From the NCBI RefSeq assembly GCF_006345805.1, contig NC_043000.1:111724001-111788000 (forward strand): a stretch of DNA of 64,000 nt. The letters run 5' to 3'. This DNA comes from Octopus sinensis. Its lineage: Eukaryota. Every line of letters begins with the position of its first letter. Positions within the stretch are counted from its first letter, which is position 1. Shown here one piece after another: positions 37,901 to 48,333 of the stretch. The notes under the pieces were generated by a model. It saw nothing but the letters and a program-made list of their open reading frames with translations, was not told the origin of the DNA and searched no databases. The translations under genes and the position numbers were made by a program.

Positions 37901-39886
37901 GTTATTTTGACAAATTCTTCCTTATTTCAACAGAAATATGGTAACAAAAGAGTTGGTCTCACCACTGACCACAAGATTTAATCCATTGACCAGATTAACA
38001 TTATCAGCTGTCAGCCTTCATTGCTTGTAGAAAAAAAACATTCTGCTACAAACAACTGAACTTGGTCTTTGACCTCACTTTTAACTTAATGTCCTTATTC
38101 AAATCTCTTTTTAAAATTCCTCTCTTTGATTTTCGTCTCTGTTTGGTCTGCAAATGTAAAAAGAAATGAAAGTTTTCTTTGTGTGCATCCAGGTGGGTCT
38201 TGAGATCTGTCTGTTCAACTTTGTTACTCATTGACCTTTTGGAAATTTGAAGAATACAGAAATTGAATGGCCAAACGTTGAAGACTACCTCTGCACTGCT
38301 TCCTATTCTAAGAGTCCATGTGTTGGGGTTTTGTTGTTCTTCATCCTCTCCCTGTCCATTTCAGAAGTGCTGCAAACTGGGCACAGCTGTTTGGATTTTG
38401 ATAATGAGGATGATTTGACCAGTTCTTGAACATTCATTCAACTGGCTTTGGCACTAGTGGCAAACACACACACATACGCAAAAATGGAAAGAGACGGGCA
38501 GGAGTGGGACATTAAAATTTATTAATTGAACTTGATTGACATAAACCCTTTCCCCTCTCCTCACACCCATAAAAGAGAATCAGAGCCACCAAATAGGCAG
38601 TGCCAAAACATCCACCCAATAAACTTGTATTCTTTTAAACCCTAGCCTCCTGTAACCCCCCTCCCTCACGTACACACACCATTTGCCATAACCCTCTCCT
38701 CTACCTTAATATTTCTTTTCTTCTCTGTCTACTTCAGCTAAAGCAGAATACCCCTACACCAAAGTGACAGCCAGGGAGTCACTATCCAGTATAAATGCCC
38801 GACAAAGACTGCTAAACATGTACGAAACTGTTCCAGAAACAGAGAACACCTACGCTACCGTAAGTACAAACCGTTTTGTGTTATAAAGAGTGAATTTAAT
38901 GGATAGAAAATAAAGGTGCAGCCAGGTGTGTGCGGTTAAGTAGTTCATCTGGCAACCACAGAGTCTTATGTTGCGTCTAAGGCAAACACGTACATGCATG
39001 CAAAAATAGTGAGGGAGACAGACATTTCAATTTATTACTTTATTATTAAATGTTCACCTTGAGCAAGTTTCTTCTCCCATACGAGCCTTGGATAAAAACT
39101 GCATAAAAGCCCATCATGCATTTATAGATGTATCTTTTATTTGTTTCAGTCAATTGACTGTGACCATGCTGGAGCACTGCCCTGAACGTTTTTTTTTCTT
39201 TTCGATTAAAGCAAATTGATCCTAGAACTCTTTTATCAAAGCTTATCGGTCGCTTTTGCCGAACTGCTAAGTTATGTGGACATAAACACACCACCACCGG
39301 TAGGCAAACAGTGGAGGGGAACACAGACAGACAGGCACATACACACACAACAGGCTTCTTTCAGTTTCTGGCTACCAGATCCATTCACAAGGCTTCGGTC
39401 AGCCCAAGGCTGTAGACGATAGCCAAAGGTGTCACGCAGTGGGACTGAACCTGGAACCATGTGGTTGAGAAGCAAGCGTCTTACCACACAGCCACGCCTG
39501 TGCATGAAAGTTAGCCTTCTTCATATGAGCCCATTTGAACAAAAGAAAATATGTTGTTGGGCTTGTTTTACAGCCTGTGCACTATCTCTGTGCACTCAAT
39601 GCACTTGCAATAAAGAAAAACCTTTTGTGAAACAGGTGAAAGTTCTTTACAGGAAGTATTTATTTCTATAAAATACTGCCTTGATACAAATATATTTGTC
39701 TATGAAATTAGATGACTGAATGATGTTATATTTGTGTCAAGGAAAGCTCACAGGTGTGGCTATGTAATTAAGCTTGCTTCTCAACCATGCAGCCTTAGGT
39801 TCTGTCTAACTGTGCAGTATCTAAGACAAGTGTCTCCTACAACCGAAGCCTTTTGAATGGATTTGGTAGGTGGAAACTGAAAGAAG

Positions 39887-39927
<41 letters not shown>

Positions 39928-42900
39928 CCTTGTCTCGACATGATGTATGTAAATGAGCATCGTCATACGAGTGGAGTTGTTAGTTTCGAGTCTTCCAGGG
40001 AAAATATTACCTTACTTAGAAACAGATGCAGGTTGGCAACTAGAAGGGCACCTGGTTGTAGAATATATACCGCAGCAAGTTCCGTCTGACTCGTGCAAGT
40101 ATTGAAAAGGAGACGTTAAAATGATGAACAAGCTATATCTGTATCAAAGTAAAGGCAGGGGAGACAACTCAGTGTCAAACCTAATTGTGTGAAAAATGTA
40201 ACGCGCCATTCGAAATCGGTTAATGTGGCAGGAGGGGAGGGGTTCGTCTGGGGCCATGACATCTGCTAGTTTTATGGTTATATGGTACTTGTTGTCAATA
40301 ATTCTGTTTTCTGTAAATATTTGTGTATTTGTTCTGGTGTGCAGAGTAAGCTTAAAAGTCGATTGCAGATCTTAGGTTGTTTGGTTCTACAACTTGACTA
40401 AATTGTTTGGGAAATCCAGCTTTTTAGAGCTTGTCTCTCTTGCCTTGAGACAGCATTCACCCGGGGTGGGTTGAGCTGGCTTCATCCTCAATGCTGCATC
40501 TCTCACAAACGCTGACCAGACCTGGCGATTTGAGGCTAACAACTGCATGATCTCCAACCACTCCTTATTCCAGTGGCAAACGCTGTAGATATGAGGGCCT
40601 GAGTTGGGTTCCAGATCAGTCTTGACTGTTATCATCCAGGTTTTTTGTTGTCCACCACATCGCTTTCGCCAACCCTGAAGGGGAGCTGGGGCAATTGCTC
40701 CGTAGATGGATTCTCCTGGTTGATGATGGAGGGCATGACCCAGCCAACGCTTATGTCTTTAGAATGTGTGTGTATATACATGAGGCACAGACGTGACTAT
40801 GTGGGTGGCTACATGGACTCAACATCAATCTCACTGTATGGCACCTTGGGTAAGTGTCTTCTACTATAGCCCCGAACCAACCAAAGCCTCGTGACTAATA
40901 GATAGAAACTGGAAGAAGCCCTAATCTATTGTGCGTGCATGTATTTCTGTTTCCTTACCTTGACTATCATATGAGCAGTGTCCATCATTTCCAGTCTTAG
41001 GTTCTGTCCAACTGTCCAGTATCTAAGACAAGTGTCTCCTACAATAATTCACAGGACAAATGAAGCCTTGTGAATGGATTTGGTAGGTGGAAACTGAAAG
41101 AAGCCTCTGTGTGTACCCTTGTCTCAACATGTATGTAAATGAGCATCATTGTCATATAAGTGGAGTTGTTAGTTTCGAGTCTTCCAGGAAAAATATTCAA
41201 CAAATCTGCCTCTCCCTCCCCTACTTCCACCTCCCCCCAAAAAATTAGGCCTGTGTATGAAAACTATTACACTGTGTAACACAATTTTTGTCCTTGGGTA
41301 GCAACTGTTATGTCTGGTCATGGGGTACAATTACTTTGCTTGGAAACGGGTGAAGGTTGGCAACAGGGTGGGCACCCGGCTACAGAAAATCTACCTCAAC
41401 TAGTATGGAAAGACAGACGTTAAGTGATGATGATGGACTTGATGCAGTCTTCTGCCTTGCCATCCAACCTATTGCAGCATGGAAAAACAGACGTTAACTG
41501 ATCGTGTGTGTGTGTGTGTGTACACACACACATATACATTACTTGCTCTATGTTTTGAGAGAGTGTATATAATTCACTGTACATAGTGTATATGGATTAA
41601 TTCAGTTCCCAGCCATTACTTAACGTCCATCTTTCCCTGAGAGTCGATCTAGAAGTGTGTATTTCTAAACAAAGGGTTGTCTTACAGAAGCAGGGCATTA
41701 TGTGTCTTTGAAAATATTTATGTTGTGTATGGATGTGAATGAAAATGTTTGTGAGCTTATTGCCAAGCTGTTATTATTTGGTTCAGTTTAATTATTTAAA
41801 TTGTTTCTCTCTCTCGACTTAGGTTGATGGTGGTTCAGGGGATGGTGTTGTCGTGCGTCGGACAAACCGTTCCGAGAGCATCCCAAAACGAAATAGCCAA
41901 ATTAGTGAAACATATGCTGAAATTGGAGCAACAGGTAAGAATTGTAGCAGTTATATACATTCATAATAATACACCTGGGTCTTACAGCAACTATTGTAGG
42001 GGCTGGTCCTTAGCAAATTGACCAGTTAGGAATTGGGACAACTCTACATCATCATCCTTTAATGTCCACTCTCAATGCTGGCATGGGTTGGATGGTTTGA
42101 TTGGATCTGATAAGCCAGAGAGCTGCACCAGTTTCCAGTCTGATTTGGCTTGGTTTCTACAGCTGGATGCCCTTCCTAATACCAACCACTCTGCATAAAT
42201 AATTAATACACATGGGCCCCAGTCATTGTATTCTGGCAGTCAGCAAAATATAGAGGTGAGGACCAAAACAGTTATATGTGAATAATTAAACACCTGGGCC
42301 CAACAGCAACCATCTGTTCTGATCTCCAGTGAACAGCTAAGGACTGAGTTGAGCATCTTCCTCGTTGTCATCATTTAATGTGTTTTCCATGCTGGTATGG
42401 GTTGGACAGTATGATGAGCTGGCAAGTCACAGGATTGCGATGTACATAAAAAAAAACAAGGAAGCACATGAGCCTTACAACAAAAACCATTCCATTCTGG
42501 TTGTTAGCAAGATATGTAGATAAGGAACAGGGGAGTTCTATGTAGATAACAAAACAAAGCAAGAATTGGGTTCTAGTTCTCAGCAGGGTAAAGAGCTAGA
42601 AACTGGGACAGATTTTAAGCTGCTATTTCTAGCATATCAAGTAACTACATAGAGCACTAATTCTTAAACAGACCACCCTGATACACTTGTCCACTACAAA
42701 GTCTAACTTCATTTGTTACAGAATTTTAAAAATATTGGGTCATTCTATAAATAATGCGGTTTTTACAATTACATTAAAAGTTGGAAGGGGATAGGATAAA
42801 CTACCTGCATCAACTTGCTATAAAAGCAGGTAGTAATTTTACTTTGGACTTATTCTTAGTGCAAGTTTTGAAGAGTGCAGTTCCAATTTAACAATTATTT

Positions 42901-45743
42901 TTTCAAAGCTGTAATGGAAGTGACAAAGGAGTATATTCAGCATATTTTGCTTTATGAGTTCAATAAAGGCAACAATGCAACAGAAAGTGCGAGGAATATT
43001 AATGCAGTATATGGGGATCGGACAATAAGCATAAACCAGGGTCAATGGTGGTTCCAGAAATTCCGAGCTGGAGGCTACAGCCTAGAAGACGAGCCTTGTC
43101 CTGGAAGATTTGGAGAGCTCAACAAGGATGTCCTGCAACTCCTGATGGAACAAAATCCCATTGTAACTATAGAGGAACTAGTAGAGAAGCTTGCATTTGG
43201 TCATTCAACCGTTCATCGACACCTGCGTGCCATTGGAAAAGTCGGCAAATTGGGTCAATGGGTTCCACACAAACTTTCCGAGTCTAATCGCACACAGAGA
43301 ATGAATGTGTGCTCTTCTTTGCTGTCACATCTCACAAATGAACCTTTTTTGGACTGACTGGTGACGAGAAATGGGTTCTCTATAAAAATGTCAATCACCG
43401 AAGACAGTAGGTAGGGAAAAGAGAAACAGTGGCATGCCAGGCTATAGAAGGTCTTCACCTACGTAAGGTGTTATCTGTTTGGTGGGATATGAAAGGTTTA
43501 GATCACTTTGAACATTTAAACCCAAACCAAACGATAACAAAGGCGATCTAATGGGAACAGCTTGAGCAGCTTAAGTCAGCGCTAGAAGAAAATCGACCAT
43601 CTTTGGTTTCAAGACAAAAGGTGTTCTTCCATCAGGATAATGCTCATCGTGTAATACATACAGTGTGGATGACATCCCAAAGACTGGAGCAGTCTGAATG
43701 CGAAACGATGCTCCACCCACCATATTCACCGGACATTGCTCCATCTGATTATCCTATGTTCTGCAGTCTTCAAAACTGTAGACGAGGTCAGAACAGTATT
43801 TGAGGAGTATTTTTCATCACAGACAAGTGAATTTTGGAAGGGGGGGAGGGCCTTGCAAGTCTACAAGATAGGTAGAAGAACATTGTAGAAAATGAAGGAG
43901 AATGTATTTAAGATTAAAAAAGAATTTTGTTTATCTTAATTTTGAAAAATAGAAGTATAACAAAACCGCATTATTTAGAAAATCCATGCAAATAGTTGAT
44001 CTTCTTGAAAGAACATATTTTTGGTATACGTCAACATAAAAAGCTCCCACTACACTCTCAGAGTGGTTGGCGTTAGGAAGGGCATCCAGCAGTAGAAACT
44101 CTGCCAGATCAGATTGGAGCCTGGTGCAGCCTTCTGGCTTCCCAGACCCCGGTCGAACCGTTCAACCCATGCTAGCAGGGAAAGTAGATGTTAAACAATG
44201 ATGATGACAGTAAGTTTTTGTTTTTCTTTTATTTGATCTCTAGTGTAGCACTCAATACAAAAATATCAAGAATCACTCATGTAGAAAGACCAATCAGGCA
44301 TGGCATGATTGAGTATATGATAACCCTTTAGCATTTAAACCGGCTGGATCTGGCCTCTCGCATCTATCTTGCAATGTCATTCTAAAGATAAACAATTACA
44401 TCGTTGAAATGTTGAAGCTATGAGATAATGTACGATTAATTCAAAACAATGTGAATAAATAAGAATTACCATATGACAGAAATCTGAATATCAAAAGGAT
44501 AATAAATACCTGGCAGATGGATTTGAGACATTTTGGCACCACTTATTTGGCATTTGCTGAAATCACGGCTGATTTGTTTGGCATCAAACGTGTCAATATC
44601 TCTCTCTCGTTTAGTCTGTACAGGTTTATTGATGCATATTTGCCTCCAGCACTGTAAAATACTGTTGCCAAAACAGCCTGAATGTCCAATCAGGCAGACC
44701 AAATCATCAGCTTCCAAACAGCTGTGTCCAATCATTTCATTCTGTTGGCAGTTAACCTGTGAGTCCTAGGTTCAAATCTCACCGCAAGCAGTATAGTGTA
44801 TATTGTCCCGTAGACAAGAAAACTTCTTGCACAACCCTTTGTCTTTTCATTGTTGAATAAATTTCTTGTTTTGTTTTCTGTTTCAGGTTTACATGCGGAA
44901 TCTGCGCCCGTTCCACCATCACTTGATTCCTTACGAACTGTAACAAAACAGAATCCCCATGGCAACGACTTCCGTCGGTCAGGGGGTGACTTTCTACAGG
45001 CGGCTGCTGAGTTGCCACACGAGTACGATGTGGTGAGCAAACGTCGTACGTTCCCCATAGACTTCTCACAAGCACACTATGACGTTCCGTCAGCATCCCC
45101 ATCAACACAAACCATGTCATCTTCATCTCAGAAAGGTCTTGCTAACCATAATGATTCCCACCAGCTGCCTCCACCCTCCTTGGGAGGTGGACACAAACCC
45201 AGAAGTCCCTTGGGTGGATTTTCAATTGCATCCTTGTCAGTTGCAACATCATCAGGGGCGGGGGCAGGAGGAGCGGGGAAGTCGCAAGAGGCCGCCTCGG
45301 GCTCCTGTGATTTGCCCTCGTCAAGCAAGAGGGACACACCTGATTCCTCAGCAAGGAATTCATCCACAATATCCCCACGTACCGACCCCGATTATCAGAG
45401 TCTGAGAGATGGCACCGGCAGTGAGAATGACAGCGAGTACGATCCTAACTACGAGACGGTGGAGGACGCGCAGCGCAAGGCGGCTGCACTGCGCCAAAGT
45501 AAGGCACAGCGACGCCACTTCTATGAGGAAGTGGATGCTGCACAGCTGCCAAAACCTTCGAGCCCGTCACCACCGTCGTCTGGCTGTGCCAGTGCAACGA
45601 CAACACCAGCTGCACCGGTTGCAGCAATGACGAGGGCGACGGCTGCAGACGCTCGCGAGCGTGTACTGCGCCAACACACGTACGAGGACGTGCGAGAGGT
45701 GAGAAGACAACACAGAGCAATGCGCTGGAGCCAAGAGAAGTAA
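21852..45743 (+). CDS. Spliced gene model (7 coding exons) for a PAG1/Cbp-like single-pass transmembrane adaptor protein, about 855 aa (768 aa without exons 2-3)
   Basis: Manual exon chaining with GT-AG borders and matching phases 2/0/2/1/0/1. Short N-terminus, one TM helix, LCNTCKE (CxxC), then a Pro/Ser/acidic low-complexity tail with 23-26 Tyr. The family call rests on architecture and motifs, not on an alignment. Confidence 0.8.
23266..23566 (-). mobile_element. tRNA-derived SINE, family E, full length
   Basis: Head gtggaggcgcaatggcccaatggttagggcagcag...gattcccagaccggg, flanked by (TA)n. Confidence 0.75.
24677..25073 (+). mobile_element. SINE family A dimer
   Basis: Full unit 24677-24893, then a head-truncated unit. 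Confidence 0.75.
26612..26815 (+). mobile_element. Family C repeat (RTE 3' end)
   Basis: Near-identical to 15250-15427 and 44030-44207. Confidence 0.8.
27930..28185 (-). mobile_element. RTE LINE C-terminal fragment
   Basis: Translation ...CIKKCRSLVMEGTCGRSRPRKMWDEVV... is typical of an RTE ORF end. Confidence 0.75.
28287..28359 (+). CDS. Coding exon 2: (S)KKEQSKTGTLPKMMTDSTHRDVVQ
   Basis: Strong acceptor tttttttctgcttcag and donor CAG|gtaag. Enters phase 2, exits phase 0. Basic residues follow the TM as expected (positive-inside). Confidence 0.75.
29818..30247. mobile_element. Cluster of family A SINE pieces, mostly minus strand
   Basis: Repeated gaatttgaactcagaacgta / gagctggcagaaacgttagcacgccgggcgaaatg segments in both orientations. 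Confidence 0.75.
32390..32650. repeat. Compound (TCTA)/(TCTG)/(TA) microsatellite
   Basis: Direct reading. Confidence 0.85.
33217..33309. repeat. Hairpin formed by two family C tails in inverted orientation
   Basis: Perfect 21-bp arms TTTAACGTCCGCTTTCCATGC (33225-33245) / GCATGGAAAGCGGACGTTAAA (33278-33298), extended by (CAT)n/(ATG)n. Confidence 0.85.
33550..33737 (+). CDS. Candidate coding exon 3: QRNTNRLCCVRRICSDMVLQMDVLRPSLHKPLYAVTSRQYKSLVTHFRTLQRKCWHSIDYDN(S)
   Basis: The only open phase 0 to phase 2 segment I found that bridges exon 2 and exon 4. It is CpG-containing. In-frame alternative acceptors at 33541/33550/33553. The donor gtgtta and the pyrimidine tract are weak. Confidence 0.5.
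34106..34241 (-). mobile_element. Penelope-like element terminal repeat (left inverted arm)
   Basis: Inverted copy of 34984-35116. Carries a CUGAUGA...GAAAC hammerhead core. Confidence 0.7.
34154..34199 (-). ncRNA. Minimal type I hammerhead ribozyme, core intact
   Basis: GACAC-CUGAUGA-A-GGCUG-gagggUAUAU-CAGCC-GAAA-C-GUU-GUGUU. Stem I 5 bp, stem II 5 bp, palindromic AACGUU in place of stem III. Confidence 0.75.
34262..34760. mobile_element. Unclassified interspersed repeat between the Penelope-like arms
   Basis: Non-coding, bounded by (ATT)n tracts on both sides. I recognise it only as repeat-like and found no second copy in the window. Confidence 0.35.
34984..35116 (+). mobile_element. Penelope-like element terminal repeat (right arm) with inactivated hammerhead at 35026-35071
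   Basis: GACAC-CUGAUGA-AGGCUG...CAGUC-AAAA-C-AUU-GUGUU. G12 reads A and GUU reads AUU, both at CpG positions. Confidence 0.7.
35182..36245 (+). CDS. Coding exon 4 (large; Pro-rich, acidic; YASV, YASL, YSIV, YSKI, YSSV, YATV motifs)
   Basis: Acceptor tttcttttttctcttcaacag, 352-aa ORF in the track, GC/CpG-rich against background, donor C|gtaagt at 36246 (phase 1). Confidence 0.92.
36808..37010. repeat. 42-bp minisatellite (about 4.5 units)
   Basis: Unit tggccacacccactagtgttaggcccagagtcagtggtccat, with GGCCACACCCA at 36809, 36851, 36893, 36935, (36977 variant) and 37000. Confidence 0.9.
37637..37677 (-). ncRNA. Minimal hammerhead-like motif (core and GUC intact, stem II weak)
   Basis: CCGGA-CUGAUGA-aaugcaacuacccu-GAAA-C-UA-GUC-UCUGG. 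Confidence 0.55.
38738..38859 (+). CDS. Coding exon 5: (P)KAEYPYTKVTARESLSSINARQRLLNMYETVPETENTYAT
   Basis: Acceptor tttcttttcttctctgtctacttcag and donor ACC|gtaagt. Phase 1 to 0. Missed by the ORF track because it is short. Confidence 0.88.
39121..39505 (-). mobile_element. SINE family B, near full length
   Basis: Reverse complement of 19833-20216. Confidence 0.8.
40420..40680 (-). mobile_element. LINE (RTE-like) C-terminal fragment of a second family
   Basis: Translation ...WMITVKTDLEPNSGPHIYSVCHWNKEWLEIMQLLASNRQVWSAFVRDA... resembles non-LTR ORF ends. Confidence 0.5.
41823..41934 (+). CDS. Coding exon 6: VDGGSGDGVVVRRTNRSESIPKRNSQISETYAEIGAT(G)
   Basis: Acceptor tttctctctctcgacttag and donor G|gtaaga. 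Phase 0 to 1, exactly bridging exons 5 and 7, and completing a YATV motif across the junction. Confidence 0.88.
42735..43990 (+). mobile_element. Near full-length decayed mariner (DD34D) transposon; transposase pseudogene from about 42914
   Basis: TA-TTGGGTCATTCTATAAATAATGCGGTTTT / AAAACCGCATTATTTA TIRs. HTH N-terminus, WVPHKL, TGDEKW (frameshifted), FFHQDNA, HPPYSPDIAPSDY. Internal stops. Confidence 0.92.
44030..44207 (+). mobile_element. Family C repeat (RTE 3' end)
   Basis: Matches 15250-15427. Confidence 0.8.
44324..44499. mobile_element. piggyBac-like MITE, family 2
   Basis: TAA-CCCTTTAGCATTTAAAC ... GAATATCAAAAGGA-TAA. Body shared with 52267-52458. Confidence 0.55.
44887..45743 (+). 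CDS. Terminal coding exon 7 (YDVV, YDVP, YQSL, YETV, YEEV, YEDV; ends ...RAMRWSQEK*)
   Basis: Acceptor ttgttttctgtttcag (phase 1), 297-aa ORF in the track, CpG-rich, TAA at 45741-45743. Confidence 0.9.
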
Positions 45744-45747
45744 AAAA

Positions 45748-45800
45748 AATAAAACCAAGCAAAAAACAAAACAATAATAATGATTAAAAAAAATAATAAA
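45748..45800 (+). promoter_or_regulatory. Possible proximal polyadenylation signals (AATAAA at 45748 and 45795)
   Basis: Two AATAAA hexamers just after the stop. The region is A-rich, so they may be chance. Confidence 0.25.
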
Positions 45801-47943
45801 ATAGTACAGCAGCAGCAACAGAAGAACCACTGGAGGAAGAAGCCCCAGGGTGGAGAGGAAAATAAAGTATCATTGAAGCAGTTGGCCGAGAGTAACTGAA
45901 GAGTAACCACGTATTGAGTACTCCACAGCAACCGTTGCAATGAACTTGCTCATTTTTATGTTTTTGTTGGGTTCCTATTTTTATTTATTTTTTTTTTATT
46001 TTTCCTTCTTACTGTTGTTGTTGAGGTGAGGGGCTGAAACCAGACTGGATGATCATCATTGTAACCATCATCATCATGTTCAGATGAAAGGTTAATGATA
46101 GAGTGAAAGTGGGGAGAGGACTACAGGTGGTCAATGCCAGCACCTGGGAGGGAAAGGCGGGGCGGCTTGAGCAACCTCTGTGGTAGAGAGGCCCTCCTTC
46201 AATAAAACGCTGAAGATGGACAGTATTACTTCCCTTCGTAACACTACCACCCCCACCATCTCCACTGCTGCCCACCACTTATTTGATATTGTTGTTGTGG
46301 TTCTAGCAGTTGGTTGGCTGAGGTCAATTTCAAGAGAACACCTCCCAGTTTCCAGCTGTTCTCTTCGTTTTTTTGTTTTTTTTTCTAATTATCAGAAAAC
46401 AGTATTATTAATTATTGTGAGAAGCAGGCAGAACCATTGGTGTGTCGGGCAAAATGTGACTCGTTACATTGTGAGTTCAAATCCTGCCGAGGCTGACTCT
46501 GCCTTTCAACATTGGTAAAATGAGAACCAGTCATGTACTGGAGGGGGTCAATGTAATCGACTGCCCCAATTTCCCCCCAACATTTCAAGCCTTGTGTCTG
46601 TAGTAGAAAGGATCGTTATTATTATTATTATTAAGGTGACAAGCAGGCAGAATCATTGAGTCTGATGAATGCTTAGCATTGCTTTCAGTCCATGATGTTC
46701 TGAGTTCAAATGCTACTGAGGTCAGGTATGCCTTTTGTCCTTTAGAGATTGGTGCAATCAACTAACTCCTACCTGCCACAAAATTGCTGGCCTTGGGCCT
46801 CAATCAGGTGTTGTTGTTAAGGAAGTGAGCTAGCAGAAGAATCAATTAGAGCAACGTCAGAAAAAGTGTCTCATGGTATTTGTTCCGCTTGTTTACGTTC
46901 TGAGTTCAAATTCCACAGAGGTCAACTTTGCCTTTCATCTTTTTGGTGGTGGTGGTGGGGGGGTCAATAACAATGAAGTGCCAGTTAAGTATTTGGATCG
47001 GTTTAATCATCGACTAACCCCTGATCCCTTTGAAGTTGCTGAGAAATATGATGGGGGGCAGAACAGGAGAGTTGAGATCAACCCCTCATTAAGCAAAACA
47101 TTCTAATTGATTTCAGTTCCAAATTATAATCATTTTGCTTTCATCACCATTGCCATTTTGGTAGAGGCATGAACATCACACATCCTCATACTTGTCTCTG
47201 CTATTTAATCTGAGGTTTTGCATCTGTAACAAGTTGTTTACGGAACTCCCAAATGAGCTCTGGGCACAAGGGTTATCAGTCAAATAGCTACATACAGGCC
47301 TGCAGATTCTAAGCAGCTGCCAATACCACAGATGAAGATGGTTCTGCAGATTCCAGCAACCAGCGGTTTTATTGTATGGGGTGCAGTGTGATACTCTTTC
47401 CACTCTACTGTCCAGTCTGTTTCTGTAACACCTGTAAATTCTGGAGGTGGTCACTGCAAAGGTGGACTTGGCCTGAATCCAACAGTTGCTGCTGTACTTC
47501 TCCACTTGTCGGTAGCGGTGTGAATCCCAGCGTAATTATTGTGTGTGTGTGTGTGTGGTCATGTACTACTGCAACAATTGTTTTATATCCTTGGTTAAGT
47601 CACTTGACTCTACTTAACTGCAACTGTCAAGAAGAGAACAAAAAAAAAACTGTTGTAAAAAGTTATTTTTCTTTCAAAAAGCTTTCTATGTATTCACAAT
47701 ATCTTGCTGTTGTTGTTGTTTTTTTTTTTTTTATATTCCATTATTTAACTTCATAACTTCATATTTATTTTATACGATATATTCCAGGGGTTTATTTGTT
47801 TGACAGGTCATTTCATCTGAAAATAGTTTGTTGAAACTGAACCAGTTGCATTGGGTTAGAGTCATGTTGGTCATTCAAAACACACAGGCACTATCATTCA
47901 TTATTATTTTGAAGTAGTATCAATCTTTGGTGTCCATTTACCT

Positions 47944-48333
47944 GCGAGCTGGCAGAGACATTAGCACGCCGGGCGAAATGCTTAGTGGTATTTCGTTTGC
48001 TGCTACATTCTGAGTTCAAATTCCGCCAAGGTTGACTTTGCCTTTCATCCTTTCAGGGTCGATAAATTAAGTACTAGTTACGCACTGGAGTCGATGTAAT
48101 CAAATTAATCCGTTTGTCCTATCTGCGTTTAGCCCCTTGTGGGTAGTAAAGAAATAGGTATTTCATCCGTCTTTACAATCTGAGTTCAAATCCCGCCAAG
48201 GTCGACTTTGCCTTTCATCCTTTCGGGGTCAATAAATTAAGTACCAGTTACGCACTGGAGTCAATGTAATCGACTTATTCCGTTTGTCCCCTCTGTGTTT
48301 AGCTCCTTGTGGGTAGTAAAGAAATAGGTATTT
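47944..48333 (+). mobile_element. SINE family A tandem (full unit + 170-bp head-truncated unit + start of a third)
   Basis: Junction aaagaaata|ggtattt at 48156/48157 and at 48326/48327. Confidence 0.85.
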
